Both the position numbers and the translations under genes were made by a program. From positions 1-35,388 of the forward strand of contig JAZDMJ010000029.1 in assembly GCA_043801115.1 (NCBI GenBank): DNA of 35,388 nt, read 5' to 3'. Each line of letters starts with the position of its first letter. The first letter of the stretch is position 1. The notes beneath the pieces are model-generated. The model saw only the letters and a list, made by a program, of their open reading frames with translations. It had not been told where the DNA came from and searched no databases. This stretch comes from Candidatus Iainarchaeum sp. (lineage in GTDB: Archaea > Iainarchaeota > Iainarchaeia > Iainarchaeales > UBA10191). This document shows, piece after piece, positions 8,533 through 16,475 of the stretch.

Positions 8533-8956
8533 CCGCGCGCTCATGCTATCTGCGCTTTTGGCGGGCCTCGTTACTGCGCTCTTGCTCTCAACGGGCTGTG
8601 TCCAAGGCTCGGCGAAAACCTACACGCTTCAAGAAGTTGCCCAGCACAATTCTCCCTCCGACTGCTGGATTGCATTGCAGGGAAAAGTGTACAATGTGAC
8701 GGAATTGCTCGCACGCACGCCCGAAAATCCGCTCGCACAAAACTGCGGAACCGAAGTGCAATACTTTGGCGGCCTTCCCCCTTCCGACTTCAACAATTTT
8801 GACCGCAACAATTTCGACGCCAACCGCGCGCGCGACTTCAACGCGCGCCCCGCCGACTTTAATTCAATGGACCGAAATGGCCCCGACCCCGACCGCAACC
8901 AGTTTGGCGCGCAGGGAATGCTGTCCCAATACTATATCGGCGACCTGCAACCGTAA
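8525..8956 (+). CDS. Lipoprotein with degenerate cytochrome b5-like domain
   Basis: LSTGC lipobox. YTLQEVAQHNSPSDCWIALQGKVYNVT...CGTE...LSQYYIGDL is b5-like, but the HPGG heme ligand motif is absent. Confidence 0.8.
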   Translation: MNSRALMLSALLAGLVTALLLSTGCVQGSAKTYTLQEVAQHNSPSDCWIALQGKVYNVTELLARTPENPLAQNCGTEVQYFGGLPPSDFNNFDRNNFDANRARDFNARPADFNSMDRNGPDPDRNQFGAQGMLSQYYIGDLQP

Positions 8957-8958
8957 AT

Positions 8959-9498
8959 TCAATGCCCGGCCAGAAAGACGAAATGTTTCAGTTTCGCGGC
9001 GTCTTTTGCGGAAAGTTTTTTCTTTTCCACTTTGTTTCCAATCAATGCAGAGTTTCCGAACGGGTCTTTCACGATTACTGTAAAGGGAATTTTTCCTTCC
9101 TTCATGGAGTCGATTTTGGATTTCAACTGGTCGGACTTTTTGCCCGGAACTGTTGCAAGCACGGAGCGGACGCGGTCGAGCAATCCTTCCATGTTGGAAA
9201 TGTAACCGTCGGCCAACGGGCCGGGTTCAATCGTAGTGCCTAACTCTGGGATTTCAACCGTTCCCGAAGTCGAACGCACGATTTTGACTTTCAAATCCGA
9301 AGCAGAGCGCACTTTTGCTTCAAAATAGACGGGCTCATTGAAGGCGGTGTTCCAAACATCGTTCAATTTCAAACCGCAGTGCGGGCAGGAAAGCGTTGAA
9401 AGCAAGACTTCGCCGAATTGTTCGACGTTTTCGGAAACTTGCAATAAAAAAGCGGGCTTGGAACAGGAAGGACAGGGAACCGACAACTGGGGTTCCAT
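8959..9498 (-). CDS. zpr1: ZPR1-related zinc-finger protein
   Basis: CPSC and CPHC fingers; EIPELGTTIEPGP; ISNMEGLL; DPFGNS. Confidence 0.92.
   Translation of the reverse strand: MEPQLSVPCPSCSKPAFLLQVSENVEQFGEVLLSTLSCPHCGLKLNDVWNTAFNEPVYFEAKVRSASDLKVKIVRSTSGTVEIPELGTTIEPGPLADGYISNMEGLLDRVRSVLATVPGKKSDQLKSKIDSMKEGKIPFTVIVKDPFGNSALIGNKVEKKKLSAKDAAKLKHFVFLAGH
9233..9245 (+). repeat. GTAGTGCCTAACT motif, copy 1 (inside zpr1, antisense)
   Basis: Exact 13-mer also at 11418, 13175 and 14146. Confidence 0.9.
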
Positions 9499-9502
9499 GG
9501 TT

Positions 9503-10471
9503 TCACTTTCGGCCGCGAAAGGCCAAATCGTGCAAGAGCTTGTCTTCTTTTTCTTTCCGCTTGGCGGATTTTTTGCTCTCTTTCAATACTTTTTCCTTCA
9601 AACCCTTCAAGTCGACTTCGGCGTTCGAGACTGCTTTTTCGAGTGCGTCCAATTTCGTGACGACTTGGGAAATGTCGGCCGAAGTTTTGGGCTTACCGTA
9701 ATAGTGCTTGAAAGTGTCTTCCAATACATTCAAGCGCTTGTGCGCGTTGTCGACTCTTTGAACGTGCGCGTCCGCGCGCTCGTGCTTGGAGTGGTGCAAT
9801 ACGAGCTGGTTTTCGGCGCGCGAAAGGCGCTCTTTCAAAATTTCAACGCGTTTTTCCAATGCTTTTTCGTCAAACTTTCCCTTCAACTTTTGAGACTGGA
9901 CAAAATTGTACTCGAGCTGGTTTTCAGCAGTCTTCAACCTGCCGCGGACGAGCTCGAAACGCTTGTCCAATTGCTTGACGTCCTGTTCGAGCTTTCGCTC
10001 CAATTTTTCCAGCTTTTCAGAGTGAAGCGAAATGGGAGAAACGAGGGAAGAAGTGGTTTGGAGTTTTTGCTCCAATTTTTTCAACGCGTCAAACGCCAAA
10101 TCTACTCGGCCTTCAATCGCAAGAACGTGCGCGCGGGCGTTCTGCACCTGCTTTTCCGTCGAAAGCGGGCTCTTTTCAACAGCTTCGAGGCGTTCGAGCA
10201 GGGAATCCTTCTCTTTCTCCAAGCTTTCCAAACGCTTTTCGAGTTCGGACAAATTCTCGGAAGGTTTTGCAACCGCAGAAGGGTAGGGAACAAACTGGGG
10301 CGCTTCGGTCTCTTCGAGCGCGGTTCTGTCGAAATAGACTTCTCCAAAGTACGGCTCTGAATCGGCAACAGAAGAAGCAAGTGCGCGCATTTTGGGCTTC
10401 CAACTGTCGACAACGACAACAGCTGCGCCCAACACAACCGTAAGTCCGGCCAATGCAATCGTAACCCACAT
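9503..10471 (-). CDS. Membrane-anchored long coiled-coil protein
   Basis: N-terminal hydrophobic helix followed by >200 aa of heptad-like E/K/L-rich sequence. Confidence 0.75.
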   Translation of the reverse strand: MWVTIALAGLTVVLGAAVVVVDSWKPKMRALASSVADSEPYFGEVYFDRTALEETEAPQFVPYPSAVAKPSENLSELEKRLESLEKEKDSLLERLEAVEKSPLSTEKQVQNARAHVLAIEGRVDLAFDALKKLEQKLQTTSSLVSPISLHSEKLEKLERKLEQDVKQLDKRFELVRGRLKTAENQLEYNFVQSQKLKGKFDEKALEKRVEILKERLSRAENQLVLHHSKHERADAHVQRVDNAHKRLNVLEDTFKHYYGKPKTSADISQVVTKLDALEKAVSNAEVDLKGLKEKVLKESKKSAKRKEKEDKLLHDLAFRGRK

Positions 10472-10518
10472 GAGTGAAAACCTTTCAACAAAACAGTAAA
10501 AGAAAGGCTTTAAAAAGC

Positions 10519-11268
10519 CTACAAGTGGTTTTCGAACAATTTTTCACTATTTAAAGTTATTTTTGACTCGAGTTCGGAGAGGGAAACTTCTTTCAAAAGC
10601 GCGATTTTTTCGCCCAATTTTGGAATCAGAAAAGGCTCGACGGCGTTCCCTTGCACGCGCATGGGTGCGTCGCTTTCGAGCAGCAAATTTTCCAAGGAAA
10701 GGGATTGGAAAAAAGCGTCGTTCCAGTTGTTGTACAACGCGCTGCAATTGGCGGAAACAAAAAAGCCCGCCTCTTGTACTTGCCGGGCCTGCGCTTTCGA
10801 GCCCGAAAAAAAGTGCAACAATACTTTCCCCGCGCCCTTTTCCCGCAATATTTTCAAGCACTCCGCGCGCGCCCCGCGCGAGTGCACTTCCAAAGGCTTG
10901 TTGAATTCTTTCGCGAGGGAAATGAATTGTTCGAATACTTTCAACTGCTTGCTCTGCTGGGGAAGGGAAACCGCGAGCTTGAAATCCAATCCGACTTCTC
11001 CAAAGCCCGCGCACTCTTCCGCGTGCGCGCGCGCAAATTGGAGGGCCAATTCGATTTCCTTTTCCGTCAACTGCAAAACGTCTCCCGGATACAAGCCCAA
11101 GCAGGCTTTCACTTGCGGAAATGCGCGCTGCAATTCCAGGGTTTTTTCCATCGAGCGCAAATTTGCGGAATTGGAAAAAAACAATTGGACATTCTCCTTC
11201 TCCGCGCGCTCCAATACCCCCTTCACGTCCGGAACGGAGTCCAAGTGCAAGTGTACATCGGCCCACAT
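10519..11268 (-). CDS. tatD: TatD-family DNase/amidohydrolase
   Basis: DVHLHLD, GEVGLDF, VHSRGA, LHFFSG, LLESDAP. Start placed at ATG 11268 (MWADVH). Confidence 0.92.
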   Translation of the reverse strand: MWADVHLHLDSVPDVKGVLERAEKENVQLFFSNSANLRSMEKTLELQRAFPQVKACLGLYPGDVLQLTEKEIELALQFARAHAEECAGFGEVGLDFKLAVSLPQQSKQLKVFEQFISLAKEFNKPLEVHSRGARAECLKILREKGAGKVLLHFFSGSKAQARQVQEAGFFVSANCSALYNNWNDAFFQSLSLENLLLESDAPMRVQGNAVEPFLIPKLGEKIALLKEVSLSELESKITLNSEKLFENHL

Positions 11269-11318
11269 GAGACGAAAAAGGGAGAAAGAATAAAACAACT
11301 TAACGCTTCGAACAGGGT

Positions 11319-12194
11319 ATGAAGGGAAAAATTGCACTCCTGGCCATACTCTTGGCCGTGCTGGCCATTGCCGCGTTTTTCTATTTTTCCCAAGCGGAGC
11401 GCGGTTCGGCCCCGAATGTAGTGCCTAACTCGTTCGACGGAAACTTGCGCGTTTGGATTTTGGACGTCAACCAGGGAGACTCCATTCTGCTCCAGCTTCC
11501 GAACGGAAAAAACATTCTCGTCGACGCGGGCCTGCCCGAGCAAGGGGAAAAAGTCGCCGCGTTTTTGAAACAGCAGGGCGTTTACAGGCTGGACGCGCTC
11601 GTCGCCACGCACTCCGACTCCGACCACATCGGGGGCATGGACGAAGTTTTGAAACAAATTCTAATTTCCGCATTTTTCGAAAACGGACGCGCGTGCGAAA
11701 CGCAAACGTGCAAGGGACTGGACGAAGTACTGGGCGAAAAACAAATTCCGCGCGCCGTGCTGAAGGGGGGAACGGATTTCAACATTGGCGGCTTTTCATT
11801 CTCTGTACTGAACCCCTGGCCGGAAGACTCTCAAACCGACAACGACGCCAGCATCGTTCTCCGCTTCGCATTCAAGAATGAAATTTTCATGCTCGCGGGA
11901 GACTGCACTTCGCTGTGCGAGCAAACCATCGAAGCGCACTTCATTGAACTGGACGTGAATGTGTTGAAAGTGGGCCACCACGGGAGCGCGTATTCTTCTT
12001 CTGCCCCCTTTTTGCAGCGCGTTTCCCCTCAATTCGCCCTCATTTCCGTCGGAGAGAACTCATACGGCCACCCTCCCCCGCAAACCATTCAACGACTGCA
12101 AGAAAGCGGAGCAACTGTTCTGCGCACGGATAAATCGGGAAACATTGAATTGAACACGGACGGAGAAATTTTGACGATTTCCCATGACAACTAA
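11319..12194 (+). CDS. Secreted ComEC/Rec2-like metallo-beta-lactamase-fold hydrolase
   Basis: LDVNQGDS, LVDAG, THSDSDHIGG, NDASIV, LKVGHHGS, SVGENSYGHP, LRTD..G; signal anchor. Confidence 0.92.
   Translation: MKGKIALLAILLAVLAIAAFFYFSQAERGSAPNVVPNSFDGNLRVWILDVNQGDSILLQLPNGKNILVDAGLPEQGEKVAAFLKQQGVYRLDALVATHSDSDHIGGMDEVLKQILISAFFENGRACETQTCKGLDEVLGEKQIPRAVLKGGTDFNIGGFSFSVLNPWPEDSQTDNDASIVLRFAFKNEIFMLAGDCTSLCEQTIEAHFIELDVNVLKVGHHGSAYSSSAPFLQRVSPQFALISVGENSYGHPPPQTIQRLQESGATVLRTDKSGNIELNTDGEILTISHDN
11418..11430 (+). repeat. GTAGTGCCTAACT motif, copy 2 (inside ComEC-like gene)
   Basis: Exact 13-mer, encoding VVPN in the linker after the signal anchor. Confidence 0.9.
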
Positions 12195-12759
12195 ATCTTT
12201 TTGGAACAAAATCGAATTGGATGTTTTCGACTCCGTCTACGAGCCGCGCGAGGACTCATTTCTCCTCGCCGAAGCGCTGCATGTACCGAAAAATTCCACA
12301 TTCCTCGACATGGGGTGCGGTTGCGGCATTCAAAGCGTTTCCGTTTTGCACCAGGGAGCCCAAAGCGCGCTTTGCGTTGATGTAAATGCGAAAGCGGTTG
12401 AAAATGCAGTACACAACGCGTCGAAATTTGGAAAATGCAAGGGAAGAGAGAGCAATTTATTCGCGAACGTGCCGGAAAAGTTCGACTGCATTGCCTTCAA
12501 TGCCCCGTACGTGGTTTCGGAATCCATTCAAGAGCGCGCGGATGACGGGGGCAAAAGGGGAAGGGAAGTTTTGAACCGATTCCTGCGCCAAATGCCCGAA
12601 CATTTAAATGCGCGGGGAGCGTGCTATTTCGTGCAAAGCTCGCTCAATGGAGAAACGGAAACAAAAAAATTGCTGGAAGAATTGAAGTTGAAGGGAGAGA
12701 TTGTCGCGCGCGAAAAAACCGCGTTCGAAGAACTGCAAGCGTGGAGAGTGGAAAAGTGA
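12184..12759 (+). CDS. HemK2/Mtq2-like SAM-dependent methyltransferase
   Basis: VYEPREDSFLL, LDMGCGCG, FNAPY (NPPY variant), DGGKRGREV. Confidence 0.9.
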   Translation: MTTKSFWNKIELDVFDSVYEPREDSFLLAEALHVPKNSTFLDMGCGCGIQSVSVLHQGAQSALCVDVNAKAVENAVHNASKFGKCKGRESNLFANVPEKFDCIAFNAPYVVSESIQERADDGGKRGREVLNRFLRQMPEHLNARGACYFVQSSLNGETETKKLLEELKLKGEIVAREKTAFEELQAWRVEK

Positions 12760-13163
12760 AGTGCGTGATTATTGGAAGCTTTCACCACTTTTACCAAGAA
12801 GTGGTCTATGCAAGAGAAGACTTTGAAGCGCTCGGAGTCGAAGTATTGTCTCCCGAAAAATCGCACGTCCTCGATCCAAAAGAAGATTTCATCATTCTCG
12901 GCTCGGACCCGGAAAAATTCTCCATTCGCGAGATCGAAGACGTTGTATTGGATAAGATTCCCAAAAGCGATTTCGTTTATTTAGTAAATCCTGACGGGTA
13001 TACGGGAAAGACGGCCAGTTTTGAAATCGGGGCAGCCGTGGCCGGCCAAGTTCCCGTATTCGCAAAAAGCGTTCCGGATGATGTTCTCATCAAACAGTAC
13101 ATTCTCGAAGTCGGAACGCCCGAACAAATCTTCGAAATCATGAAAAAAGCGCGCAAGCATTGA
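12756..13163 (+). CDS. Nucleoside 2'-deoxyribosyltransferase-like (flavodoxin-like fold) protein
   Basis: GTG start overlapping the upstream TGA. IIGSF...VEVLSP...KIPKSDFVYLVNPDGYTGKTASFEIGAA pattern. Confidence 0.65.
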   Translation: MKCVIIGSFHHFYQEVVYAREDFEALGVEVLSPEKSHVLDPKEDFIILGSDPEKFSIREIEDVVLDKIPKSDFVYLVNPDGYTGKTASFEIGAAVAGQVPVFAKSVPDDVLIKQYILEVGTPEQIFEIMKKARKH

Positions 13164-13166
13164 CGA

Positions 13167-13187
13167 TTTAAATTGTAGTGCCTAACT
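13167..13187 (+). promoter_or_regulatory. TATA-like box (TTTAAATT) immediately followed by GTAGTGCCTAACT motif copy 3 (13175-13187)
   Basis: The box lies ~28 nt upstream of ATG 13195. The motif sits between the box and the start codon. Confidence 0.7.
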
Positions 13188-13194
13188 AATTTGC

Positions 13195-13320
13195 ATGTAC
13201 GCGCGAAAGAAAACCGTCAAAGGGCACACTTACTACTACTTGGTTTCTTCGCACCGCGTGAACGGAAAAGTGGTCCAGCACCACGAAAAGTATTTGGGAA
13301 AAACAAAGAAGGGATTTTGA
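13195..13320 (+). CDS. 41-aa basic microprotein, predicted three-stranded beta-sheet DNA-binding domain (not in ORF track)
   Basis: MYARKKTVKGHTYYYLVSSHRVNGKVVQHHEKYLGKTKKGF*. The KxxxGxxYYYLVxSxRxxGKVxQxxxxYLG pattern recalls N-termini of IS1634-type transposases and archaeal integrase-associated domains. TATA box at canonical distance; TGA directly abuts the next ATG. Confidence 0.75.
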   Translation: MYARKKTVKGHTYYYLVSSHRVNGKVVQHHEKYLGKTKKGF

Positions 13321-14460
13321 ATGCCGGTAAACGCGGGGCCCGAATACGCGAAAGCCGAACGCAAGTACATTGACGCACGCACGCCCATGGAAAAATTGGC
13401 GGCGTTGCAGGAAATGAAGAGCACGGTTCCAAAACACAAGGGAACGGAAAATCTGCTCAAAGAAATCGTGCGAAAAATTTCCCGCATCAAGGCGGAAATG
13501 GTCAAACAAAAGGAGATGGCCGCAAAAAGGGGAAGCGGCCGAAGCGCCATGTCCGTGCGAAAGGAAGGATGCGGGCAAATCGTTTTAGCAGGATTGCCCA
13601 ATTCGGGAAAAAGCACTGCATTGCACGCATTGACGGGAATCGACGTTGAGATTGCGCCCCACCCGTATACTACGGTAAAGCCCGAAGTGGGAATGTTCGA
13701 CTTTGGCGGCGCAAGAATTCAGCTCGTCGAACTGCCCGCGGTAGTCGAAGGGAGCGCGGACGGAAAAGCGCAAGGAAACCAGGTGCTGAGCGCAGTGCGG
13801 AATTCGGACGCAATCGTTTTAGTGGTTGATGCGGAAAGCGCTCGAAAAGAAGCGCAACTGCTCGAAAAAGAACTCAAAAAGGCCGAAATATGGCTGAATC
13901 AGGCGCCGCCCAAAATCCAGATCAAAAAATCCTCCTTTCCCGGACTCTCGATTACAGGAAAAGAGCATTTGAAGATTTCCGAAAAAAACTTGTTGGAATT
14001 TTTGCGCTCCGCGGGCTACCCGCAAGCGTCTGTAACACTTGAAGAGGACGCCGACTTGGGAAAAATCGCGCAAGCATTGGACGAAAAAATCTGTTATAAA
14101 AAGGCGCTCGTCCTTGCCAACAAGAGCGAGGGCATGGAAAAAATTGTAGTGCCTAACTTCAGGGTCGTACAAGTGTCAGACTGGAACAGCGCGCACGCGC
14201 TCGAAGAAGTCAAAAGCGCGCTGTTCGCCCTGCTCGGAGTGGTTCGAGTGTACACCAAGCGTCCGGGGCAAGAGCCCGACTATCAAGAGCCGCTCGTCGC
14301 GAAAAAGGGAAGCACGGTCGAGCAAGTCGCAAAACACTTGCACAAAGAGCTTGTCCGGTCGCTCAAGTTCGTGCGCGTGTGGGGCAGCACGAAATTCGAA
14401 GGCCAGCGCGTTTCAAAGGATTATGTTTTGCACGACCAGGACATTATTGAAATCAACTAG
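13321..14460 (+). CDS. DRG/OBG-family GTP-binding protein with TGS domain
   Basis: PKHKGTE, GLPNSGKST, PYTTVKP, VYTKRPG, RVWGSTKFEGQRV...LHDQDIIEI. Confidence 0.92.
   Translation: MPVNAGPEYAKAERKYIDARTPMEKLAALQEMKSTVPKHKGTENLLKEIVRKISRIKAEMVKQKEMAAKRGSGRSAMSVRKEGCGQIVLAGLPNSGKSTALHALTGIDVEIAPHPYTTVKPEVGMFDFGGARIQLVELPAVVEGSADGKAQGNQVLSAVRNSDAIVLVVDAESARKEAQLLEKELKKAEIWLNQAPPKIQIKKSSFPGLSITGKEHLKISEKNLLEFLRSAGYPQASVTLEEDADLGKIAQALDEKICYKKALVLANKSEGMEKIVVPNFRVVQVSDWNSAHALEEVKSALFALLGVVRVYTKRPGQEPDYQEPLVAKKGSTVEQVAKHLHKELVRSLKFVRVWGSTKFEGQRVSKDYVLHDQDIIEIN
14146..14158 (+). repeat. GTAGTGCCTAACT motif, copy 4 (inside GTPase gene)
   Basis: Exact 13-mer; shares AAATT upstream with copy 3. Confidence 0.9.
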
Positions 14461-15746
14461 TCTTCGTCCGCTGTTTTGAAAAATTTGTCCTTGTTTTGCA
14501 AAACGTATATGGCAACCAGAATGACGACCAAAATTCCCGCGCCGTACAAGAAAGGAGTAATGTCCGCTTCGGGCTCTACGGTGGAAGTAAAACCGTCCCG
14601 GTAAACGTTTCCCGCATTCGTCACGGCTTTGGCCGCGAACGAAACCGCGTCCGCGTACTTGTTCTGCGAATATGCAGCCGTGGCCTTGTTCCAATTCGAC
14701 TGGAATTCTTCCAGCTGGGACTGGTTCACCCACAAGTCCTTGTTGTCCGTGGAAAGTGCGGAGTCGGCGAACTGCGAGAGGGAAGAGAATTTGTTTTCCG
14801 TTACTTTTCGCAGCGAATTATTGTCGCCGTACAATGCAATATAGGCGGAAGCGCGCTGCACGCGCAAGTCCAAACCGTCCGCCGCGTTCGACGCGCTCGC
14901 CTGCGCCGAGTCGAGCAAATCATTGACGGCCGTCGTGTTGGCCAAACCAATTCCTTTCTTGTTCGAGCTTCCCTGATAGATGGAATACAATTGCTGGGGC
15001 GGCTCGGCAAGGGAAATCAAATAACTCTTTTGCGAAGATTCCATCGTCGATTTTGAAAGCAAATTCGTCAGCTGTTTTTTCAGTCCGTCATAGGCAATCG
15101 CCTTTGCTTCCAAAGAATCCAAAACCGGCTGGACGGCAACCAGCTTTGAATGGAAAGAATCCACTTTTTCGACGGCGGGAGCGGAAAGAAAATCGTTTTC
15201 CGACTCTATCGCGTCATCAATGGCCGAAGAAGCATCACCGCAAAGGGATTGGATGTCCTTCAAATTGTTCTGCATCAAAATAGCCTGCGCTCTGACTTCC
15301 AAACTGTTTCCGTCGTTTTCAATAATGGACAAGTCGCCGTCGATTTCGTTCTGCAGCAACTGTTTCAACGTATTGAAATAGCCGGACTGCGTGGAAGAAA
15401 AAATCCACTGCCCCTGCTGGACCGCGCTCGATTTCAAATTCTGGTAGCCGCGCAAGAAAGCGCCCGCGCGGAACACTTGCAAGTTCGAACTCTTTTTGGA
15501 AAGCAATTGCGGGGGGGATTTGTCCAGCACCGCGAGATAACCGGAAACCGTATTGCTCTGCAGCAACGCAATAACCCAGTATGCGGAGTTGCCGTACTGG
15601 AGGGGGGAAGTGGAAAAAATTTCGGGCGTTTCGTTCGCGTAAATCCACTGTCCGCTTTGGGCAAACTGGAGCGCTTCCTGGGACGAAATCGCGAAAGCAA
15701 TGCTTGAAAGCAATAGCAGGGCGAGAAGGACGGGTTTTCCGCGCAT
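14457..15746 (-). CDS. Hypothetical secreted protein with C-terminal membrane anchor
   Basis: Signal peptide, helical body, C-terminal TM followed by a charged tail. Confidence 0.75.
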   Translation of the reverse strand: MRGKPVLLALLLLSSIAFAISSQEALQFAQSGQWIYANETPEIFSTSPLQYGNSAYWVIALLQSNTVSGYLAVLDKSPPQLLSKKSSNLQVFRAGAFLRGYQNLKSSAVQQGQWIFSSTQSGYFNTLKQLLQNEIDGDLSIIENDGNSLEVRAQAILMQNNLKDIQSLCGDASSAIDDAIESENDFLSAPAVEKVDSFHSKLVAVQPVLDSLEAKAIAYDGLKKQLTNLLSKSTMESSQKSYLISLAEPPQQLYSIYQGSSNKKGIGLANTTAVNDLLDSAQASASNAADGLDLRVQRASAYIALYGDNNSLRKVTENKFSSLSQFADSALSTDNKDLWVNQSQLEEFQSNWNKATAAYSQNKYADAVSFAAKAVTNAGNVYRDGFTSTVEPEADITPFLYGAGILVVILVAIYVLQNKDKFFKTADED

Positions 15747-15861
15747 GAAAGAGGGAAGAAGTTCGAAGTATTAAAAACCTGCGCCAAAATCCCCGAAATC
15801 GCGCGGCATCCACGGCTTTTTAAATCATACGTTTGAAAATCTGCTTTGGAGAGAGTGGAAA

Positions 15862-16095
15862 ATGCCCAAAAAACCGCGCGACCACATCGAAAAAGCCGAA
15901 GACAGGATTTGGCACGAGTGGTTCGACAAGCTTACGGACAAAGACCACAAAGCCTACATGCAAAAACTGGGACTGGACGACGAAGACCAGGCCGAACTGC
16001 CCGAAATCGAAAAAGAACTGAACGAAATCAACTCGGGAGATACTGTACAATTGCAAGAGCAAAAACACTCTATCAAAAAGGGAAGGAAAAAGTGA
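15862..16095 (+). CDS. Small charged hypothetical protein
   Basis: 77-aa ORF with host-like codon usage, TTTTAAAT box upstream, and a 4-nt gap to the next gene. Confidence 0.65.
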   Translation: MPKKPRDHIEKAEDRIWHEWFDKLTDKDHKAYMQKLGLDDEDQAELPEIEKELNEINSGDTVQLQEQKHSIKKGRKK

Positions 16096-16099
16096 AAAC

Positions 16100-16471
16100 A
16101 TGGCCGACATTCGAATATTGAAACTCAAAGAAGACGATGATGTATTGGAAAGCGTGCAGGAATTCTGCGAAAAGGAAGGAATCAAGCTCGGAGACTTTGT
16201 TTCCGCAACGGGAAGAATGAAAGACTTCGAAATTTCCGCCTTTTCCGGACAGGGCGGAATCGAAAACAAGAGTTCGACCACTCCGCACGAAGTCGTAAAC
16301 GTTTCGGGAAAAGTGCAAAAAGCGCGCGGAGCGTTCGACATCAGCATGAAGCTCTCCCTGGCAAGGCCCGGACTGAGCACGATGCAGGGAAAACTGCTGA
16401 AAGGAAGGGCTTCGGGAAGCCTTGAAATCGCCATCCGAAACGTCAACTTGGGAAAAATCATCGAAGCGTAA
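16100..16471 (+). CDS. PPC/DUF296-like protein (degenerate)
   Basis: ILKLKEDDDVLESVQEFCEKEGI...VSATG...HEVVNVSGKV matches the PPC layout, but the HxH and GGH histidines are missing. Confidence 0.7.
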   Translation: MADIRILKLKEDDDVLESVQEFCEKEGIKLGDFVSATGRMKDFEISAFSGQGGIENKSSTTPHEVVNVSGKVQKARGAFDISMKLSLARPGLSTMQGKLLKGRASGSLEIAIRNVNLGKIIEA

Positions 16472-16475
16472 CCGC

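Noticed and set aside
9233-14158. 13-mer repeats as a CRISPR array or IS ends
   Set aside because: They are too short, irregularly spaced at kilobase scale and embedded in intact genes, with no cas genes, transposase or target-site duplications.
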